From Spirogloea muscicola (Eukaryota), in NCBI GenBank assembly GCA_009602725.1, contig WELB01000006.1:244183-303366 (forward strand): a stretch of DNA of 59,184 nt. The letters are read 5' to 3'. The notes below the pieces were generated by a model. That model did no database searches and was not told where the DNA came from. It saw only the letters and a list, made by a program, of their open reading frames with translations. Every line of letters begins with the position of its first letter. Position 1 is the stretch's first letter. Of this stretch, positions 1 to 17,200 are shown one piece after another. The position numbers and the translations under genes are program-made.

Positions 1-126
<126 letters not shown>

Positions 127-245
127 CCCGCCGCCAAGCCCGCCGCCATGGCCGCAGCCGCCACGGCCGCCGGCGGCAGCGCCGAGAGCCCGTCCGGGCC
201 TCGCCGCCCTGACCCGCGCCCGCGGCGGCGGCGGCGGCGGCGCAG

Positions 246-3200
246 TGGAGGAGTTCCGGCGCGGGCAGCGGTACGCCAACTGGAAGACCAACGAGGCCAA
301 CACCGAGGAGGGCCAGGGCGGCCAGGTTCGAGTCCCACCGCCGCCGCCGCCTCCGGCCGACGCTTTTTTACTTAGTCAGACTTCCGAAGAGATGAGATTG
401 CGTCCGCCATTGCCGTTGCGGCGCAGCTGCTGTCGTCGGCGCCCTTCTTCGACGAGGCCTGGGGCGAGGGCCTCTTCACGCACACCCTCTACCGCCTCGG
501 CGACCGCCTCCCGGACTGGGTCCGCCAGCCCGCCCGCCAGCTCGTACATAGCTGTTGTAAACAGATTAAATGAAAGTACGGAGCGACCGTTTGCAGAGGC
601 TTCAAAGTAAAGGAAAAGCCCAAGTGACTTGCCGAGCCCAACGCCACAACGCAACGTCGCGGGACCTCGTGTCAGTAGCCGCTTCTCTCGTCCGTGAGGG
701 TCGAACCCAAGTCTCAAGCTGTGGACTCTCCGCTGACGTCCCCGACGGTGGTGGTGGGCACAGGTGACGCGCCTGGTGCCGGCCAACGCGATGGTGGTCG
801 ACGAGAAGAGCTGGGTGGCGTACCCCCACATGCGCTCCGTGCTCACCATCCCCTTCTTCTCCAAGGTGCGCGCTCCCAGGGCCACTGAGGCCACCTCGTG
901 GAGGTCGGACGGCCAGTCTGAGCCAGTTGTCCATCCTCATGGAGCCTTCGGGGAGGTGGGCGGTCTGCTCTCATGCCCAACTGACCTTGCCGTTGTGCGT
1001 GCTGCAGCTGCGGTACGAGATCACCACGCTCTGCCTCGATGATGACGGGTCGTCAGAGAACGTCCACAAGCTCCCGCCCGCCGAGCTGGAGCAGCGCAAG
1101 GTTGACCGCTTCGACATTGCGGGCGACAAGGTGGCCAACGGCATCTGTCTGAATAATCTCATTGATTGCATCCTGTCTGCCTTGCATTTGCATTGATGGG
1201 CGCAAGTCCTCCGTTGTGCATTTGACTCAATTAGCCCTACACACATGTTAAAGAGAAGAACCTCACAGGAAAGGAACCGTCCCTGCGCTCCTGTCCAAAT
1301 TTGTCTTGTGCACGTCTAGGAATGCTTGGAGCTAAGCACAGCAGTCCTCTGACAAGCATGCCTCTCATCATCCCTTGATAAATTTCCAAAAGCGTCGGGT
1401 CTTAGACTTCACGAGTGTAGAGAGGCGCAATTGCTGAACCCAATGACCAAGTCGCTTGGCTGGTGATTGAGACGCGGTTGTCAGAGGTTTGACTCGCCAT
1501 TGGAGGCAAACTGCTGACCCAGGTTGCACGGCGGGACTACGTGCAGGCGCTTGACCCGCCACTCTTTGCCTCTCAGAAGACAGGGTAGGTGAGCTGCACC
1601 TTTCATATGCTTGCCAGCCCACACTGGGCTGATCACAAGCAGTAGCTAAGGGACAAGTATGTAGTGCTGCATAACTTTGTCGGACAGCAAGCGATCGTTG
1701 TTGAGATCAATTTGATGCTAAGTGTGCTTCTACCGCAGCTACACAGCTATCTGATGCTGATTGCATCAACTGTGCTGGGAGTGATCAGACGAGGCCCACT
1801 GCGCCCCGGGTGGCAGTCGAACACCAAGCCCCTCATGTGCGCCTACAAGCTCGTCAAAGCGCAGGCCAAGTGAGAGCTTTACCGCAAGAGTAGCTCAGCG
1901 ATGCAACTTTCCACCAATCTGACAAACATTTCATATAGTGGGATTTTAATTTTTTTTGGATTCTTAGCAGGGGAACGGACTCCATGTGCCGGTTGAAAGA
2001 ATTTCCAAATATATGCTGTGGCCAAATGCATCAGCAGCTTTCCTCTGCGCTGCAGCAGGCTGCAGCTTTCAGAGCAGAAGCTGATGCTCGCCTCGAGATG
2101 GCATCCATTACAGCTACTGGGGAGTGCAGCGACGTGCAGAGGGCTTCATGATCTCTGGCCTCCGCTCGGTGAGGCCGTGTTCCTCGATGTCACACTTCTC
2201 ATTTCAGCTCATCCTACGCCAACGTTTCTCCTTCCTCTTCATTTGCTGACCACTTCATGCTTCGCTCGCCTTCAATAAGCCCAATTGACTGGCCAAATCA
2301 CTCATCGAGCACTCAATGATGACATGTTTCTGGCCCAGCTGTTTCTGCTCACGCATCGAAATGCTTTCTGCTACATCGATCAATGGTGGAACCTCACGTA
2401 CGAGCAGGTATGAAGGACGACAAGCATCCTGGAGTCAAGAGGAGATTTTAGATTTTAAGCATCCAGCATCCAGCATCCAGCATCCAAGCATTCATAGGTT
2501 CAGAGAATTTTTGGATGGCCAGGGCCACTTGACGACCTGGCTTACATTGACAAGACAGTCAGCTGTTGGGCTTGCCTCATAAGCCTGTGTGTGTGAGTGA
2601 ACATTATTCCTTAGTATCATCGTCTAAACGCCTCAATGCAGATTATGGAGCTTGAGATGGGAGAGAGAGCTGTACTGAACAAGAGAGTGAAGCAGCCCAA
2701 GCTGGTCATCCCCATCGATGGCCTGGCAGTTGAAGAGCAGGTGCAGAAGGATGAATGGGCCAGTGACGATGACGAAGACCTGGACATTGAATTCTTTGAG
2801 GCTGAGGTGAGCAGGCGCAGGTGCCACTGACAGTATCCTTGCTTGGTTGCCAGAAGTAGAGTCAGCCCAAGTAAACGAATGAGCCATAGCTGCTTGCTGT
2901 AGATGCTTTGGTAACACTACCATTTGACTCTTATCTCGCAGGCCGAGTGGGCTGCCCAAGAACAAGAGCTTCTGGAGGGCACCATTGCAGGTCAGAGGCT
3001 GCAATTGTACAATTGCCCTGCTTTCTGTATTGGTTTGCCGTCAACATCTTCAGTCGGAGATGCCAAAATGCTGACTTATAAGCGAGCACTTCATGGCGCC
3101 AGCTATTACACCAGGAGGAGAGGGCTCCACGTACCCAGGCAGAGGACTGGCTCCAACCCATTGCCCAGCTTGTCAGGAGCTCCGTCAGCAGAAAGATGGA

Positions 3201-6120
3201 GAGGCTTGGAGGCCTCCTTCAGTGTATTGCGAGGCTTGCCAAGAGTACTTCTGTCAGGGCTGCTATGCTCAGGTTTGCACAGTAGGCTGCTCAGAGTGCC
3301 AAGGGTCTAGGGCGCAAGATGGCTGCCTGTCACCTTTGTCAGATTGAGGCCAATTACATGAAAGGAAAGATCATTTTGCTGATAGAGCTTATATTCCTGA
3401 AGCATGAATACATACAAAGCACGTTACCAGATGTTGAGGTGCTCACGAAGCCTCTTGCTTTTGCAGATTCATGTGACGATGCAAATGCGGCAGCACCGGT
3501 TGAAGTACTTGGTGCCTACATCAAGCGCGCGGTCATCAACTTCATTGCGGGCACTGCAGCCAATTAGCCTTCAAAGCGGAGGCGCACTTGAGGCTGCTGC
3601 AGCACTGGCTCCAGTTGAGCGTACAGGATCCAGGGAGTCCGCTGGAGTATATGGAGATAATGCTGCAGCGACGCGCTCAGATGAGCAGAAGGTTCTCAGG
3701 GAGTCCTCTGATCCAGTCGAGAATAAGGTATTTCAAGTTGTCTGGCCTCATTGCAATGGAGGAATTTCACGAGGGCACGCCAGTCTCACATGTCGAGGGT
3801 ATGCTTGAGTAGCGCTGTGCAGCTTCGTCAAGCAACCTCCAAAGCTTAGCCTACCAGTTTACGTGCATACATATGCTTGGCAGGGTCTGACACGTGCTGG
3901 CTTGTTTGCTGGTCAGCCCGTTGAGCTCTCGGCAGAGTTGGTGGCTACCATGCTAGGCATATACAAGTACGGCTCTTCGTCCACCTCTTATGCATCTGAG
4001 AAGAGCAGTCTTGGGTACTACTTACTGCATACGACTTACTGGCTTGAAGGTGAAGGTCCAAAGCATTTGCAGGATGTGCAACAAAGCACAAGGTCAGCCT
4101 AAGTGGTCCAGAGTAACTTATTTGGAAGATTGTAATCTATCCGTTGATGCCATTGCAGGAAGCTTCTACCACCAGATCGATCCCCTGCGCAGAAGGCATC
4201 CAGCCTTGACCCGTATGGATCTCGCAGCGAAGTGGCAATTGGCAGCATTGGTCCATATGGGGAGCTAACAGAGGTCTCGTCCATGGGCGACAAGGCGAGC
4301 TCCTCAGTTGTCGCAAAGGAGTGCTTGGTTGCCAGGCATGCTTAATACCTCGTCCTGCCCTAACCATATATCGGCGTTGCATATGTTAAGCACCGTGTCT
4401 GCTGCTGAGAAATTGCAGAAGTGGCCTATTCGCTCGTCAGGGCTGCATATACGAAGCATGTCATTCTCCCACATTGGAGTGCCTGACTTCAGGAGACTTC
4501 TGAAAGGGCATCTGCGATGATAAGAGAGGATTAGGAAGGTGGTGAGGACAGCCTTGTCGCGCTGAGCGCCTTCCTTATGCTGCATTTGAAGTATATGAGC
4601 ATTGTGACTTGACAGGCGTCTGGTGGAACAACTGGTTCATGTCGTTCCTCGACTTCTCACGCATGAGGAGCGCTTGGCTTTCTGGATCAACATCTACAAT
4701 GCACTTCTTATGCAGGTCTTATGATCTTAGAAAATTACCTGTTTGATAGGTTTTATATACCATAGTGTAACTTGCATCTTGATTTGATGTATGGTGCCTT
4801 TGCTGTTGAGGCAGGCCAGAGCCAGCTGGCCACCTTGTGCCACTGAAGAAGACGGCAACTCAGCTTTAGCTGTGCTTCAATGGCAGGCCTATCTTGAGCA
4901 AGGCATACCAGGCAACCACTACAAGCGAGTCAACCTCATGGCAAAGGCCACTTACTCTATTGGCGGGCTCAACTTCAGTGCCCTTCAGATAGAGCACGCA
5001 GTGTTGCGAGCTTGCTCCTCTCGGCCTGCCCTTGTAAATTCCCTCTGCGAACCTCAGAGGCTGTGTGCACGTTGCTTCTGATGATTGTGGAATGATTACT
5101 GTAGATCTTAAACTAGAAAGAATGTTGTGCAGCATCTGTGACTGGTTCATGCTCTGATGCCTTCTTTGCACATATTTCACGCTGACACACGGTTATTCAT
5201 CTAGTGCATAGTTTCTGCATATCTTGAAAATTGCTAGAATGGGTTTCTGCATCTACCTGATCGATTTCATATTGTGCTGTCTGCAGGCTGGTCTTCTGCC
5301 AGTTCACAAGTTCAAGAACTCTGATGAGCGCCTCGCATGTGCCCTGGATCGTCCCGAGCCTCTTGTTAGCTTTGCCCTGTGCTCCGGCTGCAGATCAGCC
5401 CCAGCTGTACGCTACAAAGCCCCACCTAGTGTCTGCTGGAGTGCCATGCAAGGAGCACAACAGGCCTCTCAGTAGCACATCATAGAGTCGTCCAACTAAC
5501 TGCAAGCTTGGCCAAGTAGAGAAGCTCTTCCTGAGACATGCCTGCTGAAACAGGCTGACAGTTCCAATGTGTGTGCAAGTTGACCAGGTCCGTTTGTATT
5601 CGGCGAGCAATATCAGTAATGAGCTGCAACATTCAGCCCGAGACTATCTGCAAGCCGCCATCGGTCTGAGCAAGAGTGGCAGGATCCTCGTTCCAAAGAT
5701 CCTGCACTGGTATGCCAGGGACTTCTCGGACGATGCATTCTCGCTTCTGTCGTGGATCTTTGCGCGGCTTCAGCCCTTGCAGGTATGCTTCGTCCTCTCC
5801 GCATAACATAATTTCTTGGCACAAATTCTAGACATTATTCATTCGTGGTTCAAGTCCAAAGTCGAACTTTTGATACCATGACATTTCACATACTCATTTT
5901 GTGCTCTCTTACTTTGCCAACATGAAGAGCATGCAGTGACAGCAGTGCTCACAATTTGCAACTACTCATCATGGTGTATGCGCCAAACGAGCTGATGTGT
6001 TGTTGCGTGCTCAATAACCAGCATGAGGTCCTTCAAGAGAAGATGCCAAAGAGGCCCAAGGATGCATCCAGGTCTATGCTCGTAGTTCCATACGACTGGA
6101 ACTTCAGGTATGTATTGTGA
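246..6120 (+). CDS. Multidomain protein: START-like phosphatidylinositol transfer protein domain (IP_trans) + acidic tract/FFAT-like motif + B-box zinc finger + DUF547; true 5' end not resolved
   Basis: Hand-spliced in-frame exons: 246-325, 427-519, 764-865, 1008-1130, 1523-1584, 1789-1869, 2114-2168, 2339-2407, 2642-2806, 2942-2990, 3103-3272, 3467-3727, 3917-3966, 4159-4335, 4616-4715, 4887-5033, 5287-5406, 5588-5782, 6022-6120 (TGA). PITP motifs: EEFRRGQRY, GLFTHTLYRL, DEKSWVAYP, ENVHKL, KTGRGPL, MCAYKLV, YWGVQ, HRNAFCYIDQW. B-box: CPAC..CEAC..CQGC..H..H. DUF547: LAFWINIYNAL, IEHAVLR, PEPLVSFALC, VPKILHWY, PYDWNFRY. Confidence 0.85.
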
Positions 6121-7337
6121 GCAATGACTCGTCAACTTTGATAGACCATTGATGGCCCTCCTTTCGACCATCTTCGTGGAGGAGCATGGCACCAGCCAGC
6201 CAGTTTCCCACTCCCACCTTGACAAAGTGGGAATCCCACGTGGCCATTATACAGTATAACAACTCATCTGCGGAGCCCAGGAGGACATGCTACTCCAGCA
6301 TGCCCTGGAAGTGAGGGCTATGACACAAGGAGAAATGGCAGTTGGCAGACATGTATTAGAAGACGAGAGTGGATGGAAGAGCTTTGGAGAAGCTTTAGTA
6401 GCAGAAATTGTCTATTTGGGTCATGGAAGAGAAGTAGCTCTTCCAAAGTAAGTCGATGGGTGTGAGTGACTCCTGGAGTGACCCTTAAGTATGTACGTAC
6501 TAGACAATTGACGCCGTGTCAAGTAGCCGATGGCTCCACAAACCGTCGGATCAAGGAACCTCCCATTATTTACAGGACGTGGCTGCTGATATTGGCAAGG
6601 GGCGGCTATGAAAGTCAGCCATCTTAATCAAGCTCGGCTGCGTGCTCGCAGAGAAGCTCGAGCAGCAACATCATCTCTTCATACGAAGGTCAAGGACCCC
6701 TGGGGAAGACCCACAAGTACTTATATGGAATTCAGGTGAAGAGAATCTTGGTTTTCGAGCCCTGTTTGTGCAGCCAGCGGCTAGAGCAGTTTGCGTCGGG
6801 TAATAAATGACACCGGCACCAACCCAGCCGAAATCGGTGTTGCTGACGGCGGCTCACCGTCACGTCAGGTTCGAGGGAAATGGCGCGAGCCCTTGACGGC
6901 GGCCCCGGGGTCGCCGAGAGCCGCTGATCCCGCGGCTCGGAGGCAGCGCATCGGATGGGCTGCGTGCGTCGCACGGCGCCAGTGAGTCGGCTGGCGACGT
7001 TTGAGGATCGACGGTCCGGGCGGGCCCACGGTGGCCACGTGGCGAGCATCGGAAGGCTCTGCGTGGGGCTCCTGGCCGAGAGAGCTCTGTTTGGCGGAGT
7101 TCGGTGGGCCCGCAGAATACGCCGCGGTCCCCGCCGCCTCTCCCGGCGCACTCCCCGCCGCCGCCGCCGCCAACGCCGCCGCCGCCGCCGCCTCCGCCTT
7201 GGGCCAGCCCTGTCCTGGCGGGCCTCCGGCGGCTGCCGTTCCGTCCTCTATCTCCGCCTGGCTTCTCGCGTGGGAGGTGAAGGCGAGCGAGGCTCGCCGC
7301 CGGCGGCGGCGGGTGTCGCCGCGGGGCTGCCGCCGCC

Positions 7338-12983
<5,646 letters not shown>

Positions 12984-14272
12984 CTCCCACTTAACGGAAG
13001 TATTTCTGGGCGTCTATCACTTGATTACTGTGTCGCAAGCACTAAGGTCGACTGTGGAGCTCCAAGCACTGTGCCTTCCTCGAGTTGTATCCTTCCCGAA
13101 GGTCACGGACAGCCTTGAGCAGCACAGCGAATCTAACATCTAAGCCTGAAACTACAGCTAAGCCTATATGACAATCAGTAGTAGGCGTGCACAGAAAGGG
13201 GGCGGGGGTTGCTCCAAAGAACGTAGCCAGAGTTTTGTCGATTGTCGAAGGCGGCTGGATAAAAACGATGACTTCAGTCTTGGTCCAAGTATTGCAGCGA
13301 TTGATTAAAATCTTGCAATTGTCGTCATAATGCTTTGTTCAGATTCTTGATGAACCTCAGTAACCAGGCTACTATACCAGCTACACTCTCTCCACGAAGG
13401 ACAGTGGTAATCCTCATCCATCCGCGATATACATTAAAGATTGGCCAGAAAGATGGCACCAGTGAACGAGCAAGCCCGCACTCATACCTAGTAACAGGTC
13501 AGCAGCATGCAGCTCAAAAGAAGAAGCAGCAACACTTGCAAAGGGCTGTGAAAAGCCAGCCCACCAAAGGTCGAATAAGGATCTGGGAGTGAGTTAACAT
13601 GCGCAGAGACCAGTAAGGATGTCTGCTCAGAAACCCCCAGTCAGCAGCTGTAAGTTGTAAGTAGCAGCCAAAATGTATAGCTATTGGTTTGGCCATTGAA
13701 GAAGCGAGCTCCAAAGGGGGCCCGAAAGGAAGACTCTTCCAGTGGAGGGCGATGGCTGTGAAAGGCCAGAAGGACCTTTGAAGAAGTTGCTGTTCATTGG
13801 CGTGTTCTCACTCTTGATGTCCAAGATGTGAACTGAATAGATAGAAAGATAGAAAGATCGTGAATGCTGGCTCTTATTCATCATATGGCAGACAAGGCCT
13901 CAAGTTGAGTAAGAGATGTTGTATACGGGATGTTGTTTGAGTGCGCGCGACTGGCGGAAATTTGAATATCACAAAATACCTGCCTACATGGGATTTCTTA
14001 CGATGTGCACGCATACAATTCTCGGATTTTTCCTTTGATACTTCACAATTATCGGGCTTGACAGTTAGCCTCGAACAAAATGCCATCCCTTTGGTTGTTG
14101 GTATTTCTGTTTCTTCTTTGCTGCCTCTTTCGTGGAGGTAGCACCACGCAAGTAGATGTCTAATCAGGCTCTGCTCTTAAGACAGCCATGTAGCATATGG
14201 GTCGCACATTTGCAGCAACCTGCTTTGCACGACCTGCAGTAGAAGCCCTCATCTGTGGACACAGTGGTCCAC

Positions 14273-17200
14273 TCAGACAGTCTCAGCTGCCACAAGGCCA
14301 GCGGTAGCCTTTGAGGCCTTCACGAGGTATGCGCGGCTGTCTGAGATGGTGCCCAGCTCGAGGCTGGTGACAGACATAGGGTGCACGTCGAGGAGCATGT
14401 CCTCGCTCGAGTTGTGTACAGCCCGTCTTCTGAGTGCAACCTGTGACGACAAGATATGTCGTGATTTCAATTATCTGCTAGAAAGAGAGTTGAGGAAAGG
14501 GCGACAACCAGGGGAATGGCTTAGCTGCCACTAAACACGTACTGCTAGAAGCAGGAGGACAAGTAAGGTCCAAGGTGACTCACTTTTCTGGGCTCGAGGA
14601 AAGAGTTCTCGTCTGTTGCGCTTTCCCCTCGGAGAACAGTGATTGTGGCATCAGGGTCAACCAGTGCATCTTCGAGCCCCTTCACTCTCAGTCTGACTTG
14701 CACAGTCTCCTTCCCTATGTTGACAACCTGGGTAGGGCCAGGCAAACCATATTGTGGACAATATCATTAGTAAATGAAGGAATTGGCAGCCTGGCTAGCA
14801 GAATATACATAGCCAGCAAGTCATTGAAGAGCTTGGCTGGCCATATGCCTTAATGCAACTTGTAATAACATCCTGTTATGAATGAAAGGATTGGCAGCCT
14901 GGCTGGTAGGAAACACCTACTGAGCAAGCAATGACAGAGCTTGACTGGACATATGCCGTACAGCTACTAAAAGTTGGTAGAGTGGAGGGAAGCAATGTCA
15001 GGGGAGTACAAGAAGGTCCACTGCTGGTTACCTTGAGGAGCAAGAAATGTCGGTCCCGAAGTGAGCAATAAAAGCGCACCACTGATGCAGCTGTGACGGG
15101 GGCTGCGCCTGGGTCAGCTTCCATGGTGGCAGGCAGCAACACAGCGCTATTTGAGGTTCTGAAGAGCTTTTGCACATAGTAGCTTGGAGTGCCGTATGCT
15201 TTGTAGCTGTTGAAGACAATGGCGTCTGGGTTCCACCGCCGGTCGTGGTCATTCACCAAGAGGGGGGCGTAGCTGGCCATGGCCACAATGTCGCTGCCAA
15301 TTGCCACGAGCACCCATAAGGTGAAAGCCAAGTCAAAGCAAAAGCCAAAGCCCAAGCCACAGCCACTTAGACCGAGGATGTCAAATGTCGCAGACTCAGT
15401 CAGACCTGTTCTGCTCGAGGCCCATCATGTAGGCGGCTTCTGCGACTGCGCCCAGGAGGCTGCCTTTGCCAGCATCTGTGCCCACCACGGCGTACTCGCT
15501 TACAAAAACCTGAGGCATAGTCACATGTGTCAAGCTCATCACAAGTAGCTAGGTGACAACTGTTTGACAAGTGTGCCTTCCTGGCTTGACTGGCAAGAAA
15601 GCTGCAGCTACTTTATCAGCACCTCACAGCTGCGCAGTTCAGAGGATCTTTCTAGTCTTGCAATTTGGTATCTCCGTACAACTGCATCCGACCCCAATTA
15701 TACACTGATGTGAGAGGGAAACAGACCTTGGGGCCCTTGCGGTCGACCTTGTCAAAGAACGTCCTGCCCTCGAAGAGGTTTGCAGCTGAGGTGTAGATCT
15801 GCATGCGGTGGTCAAAATGGAAGGAGGTTAGATGGACGCACTCCAGTATGTGCATGTGATGTAGAACAGTAAAAACCCACTGCTTACGCCGTATCAGTAA
15901 TGTAGGCAGCAATCAGATCAGACTTACATGGTAGTCGAAGAGATCAGCCGGATGGTCAAGCGGGCTATATGTGGCATCGCAGTTGGAGATGAGCTTGATG
16001 TCTGGATACTTGGCCTTGATGGCTGTGTAGAATCGCAGATAGCTCCCTGATACATATAATATAAATGACAAGCTTACCTTACTAAGATGGAAGCTACATC
16101 GGAGACCTAGGAAATTCATGTGCCCTGCAGGCCTTCCACAAGCTGTGGTCAACCATCATAGAAGATAACCTGTGCCAGACACTCCTCTTCAGCCAGCACA
16201 GCAATTGACAAGTTTATTCTGTGTCGCCGAAGCTTTGGAGCTTGACTGGAAGTTTGAAGGAATGCTCACCTCTGTAGTTCCAAGCACCGCAGTCCTCATT
16301 GCCAATTGCAATGTGGTGGAGGTGGAATGGCTCGGGGTGGCCCATGTCCGCCCTCAGCGAGCCCCACCTGCTGGAGGCAGGGCCCCTGGCAAATTCAACA
16401 CCATCCAGAATGTCCTGCTCACGATATGCGACAACTGCTTCCTATATAAATGCTTAATAATCTGTGCAGTGATAGCTTCAATGATGGGGTCATGTTTAAA
16501 TACATGGGGTGCAGAAGTCTAATGCAATTATCTGCAGCTTGAAGAAGAATCACTAATTTAGAGAATGGTTCTCATATAAGAGATATAAGGTGGAGAGCAA
16601 TCTCTGAAGGGGTGGCAGAGACAAGCTAAAGTCCAAGAGTATGGACATAGCAGAGGTGAGTATAAGGAGCAACTTAAACTTTGGATTGGCTATGAAGAGT
16701 GTAGCCTATCCTTGCTATGGCAGCACATTACTGACCTTGATGAAGGGGCCCAGAATGGGGTAAAAGACCTGCTGCGAGTGGCTGATGCCTACAAGAAGTA
16801 TGAAGGAGGCTTAGCTTCTTGAGCCCTTGGAGTTTATCCAGCATTTCAGAAGATGGAGAAGGCCGTCATTACGATGCTCGGTTGCTTCTTCTTGTGTCAA
16901 AAGCAAGTGCACATTACAAAGCCCACCATTATTGAAAACCCAGACAGGAACTGCTCCCAGGTCCTCGCAAAACTGCAGGGTTTATTTGAGGACCTCATTC
17001 AGTGCTTGCGATCAGATTCGATCAAACCACCTATTTATATCAAAATGAATGTGGAATTCTTCAAGTGGCCGTTCTCAGCTCTGATCTGCTACCACAATCA
17101 TGTCCATACACATTTTCCACATTCCGTTCCTACGAACATGTCCCAGCCTTCATAGTCTTCTGGGGCTTTGGGCCTCACCTGGAGGTACTCGAACAGGCCA

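Noticed and set aside
148..375. ATG 148 as start of the PITP fusion
   Set aside because: Its frame does not join the PITP exon at 246 (the available GT gives the wrong phase) and the usual first PITP strand is missing; start left unresolved.
2458..2485. (AGCATCC)x4 and similar short repeats (about 15325-15365, 41495-41530) as CRISPR-like or functional arrays
   Set aside because: No spacers, very short, non-coding; ordinary slippage repeats.
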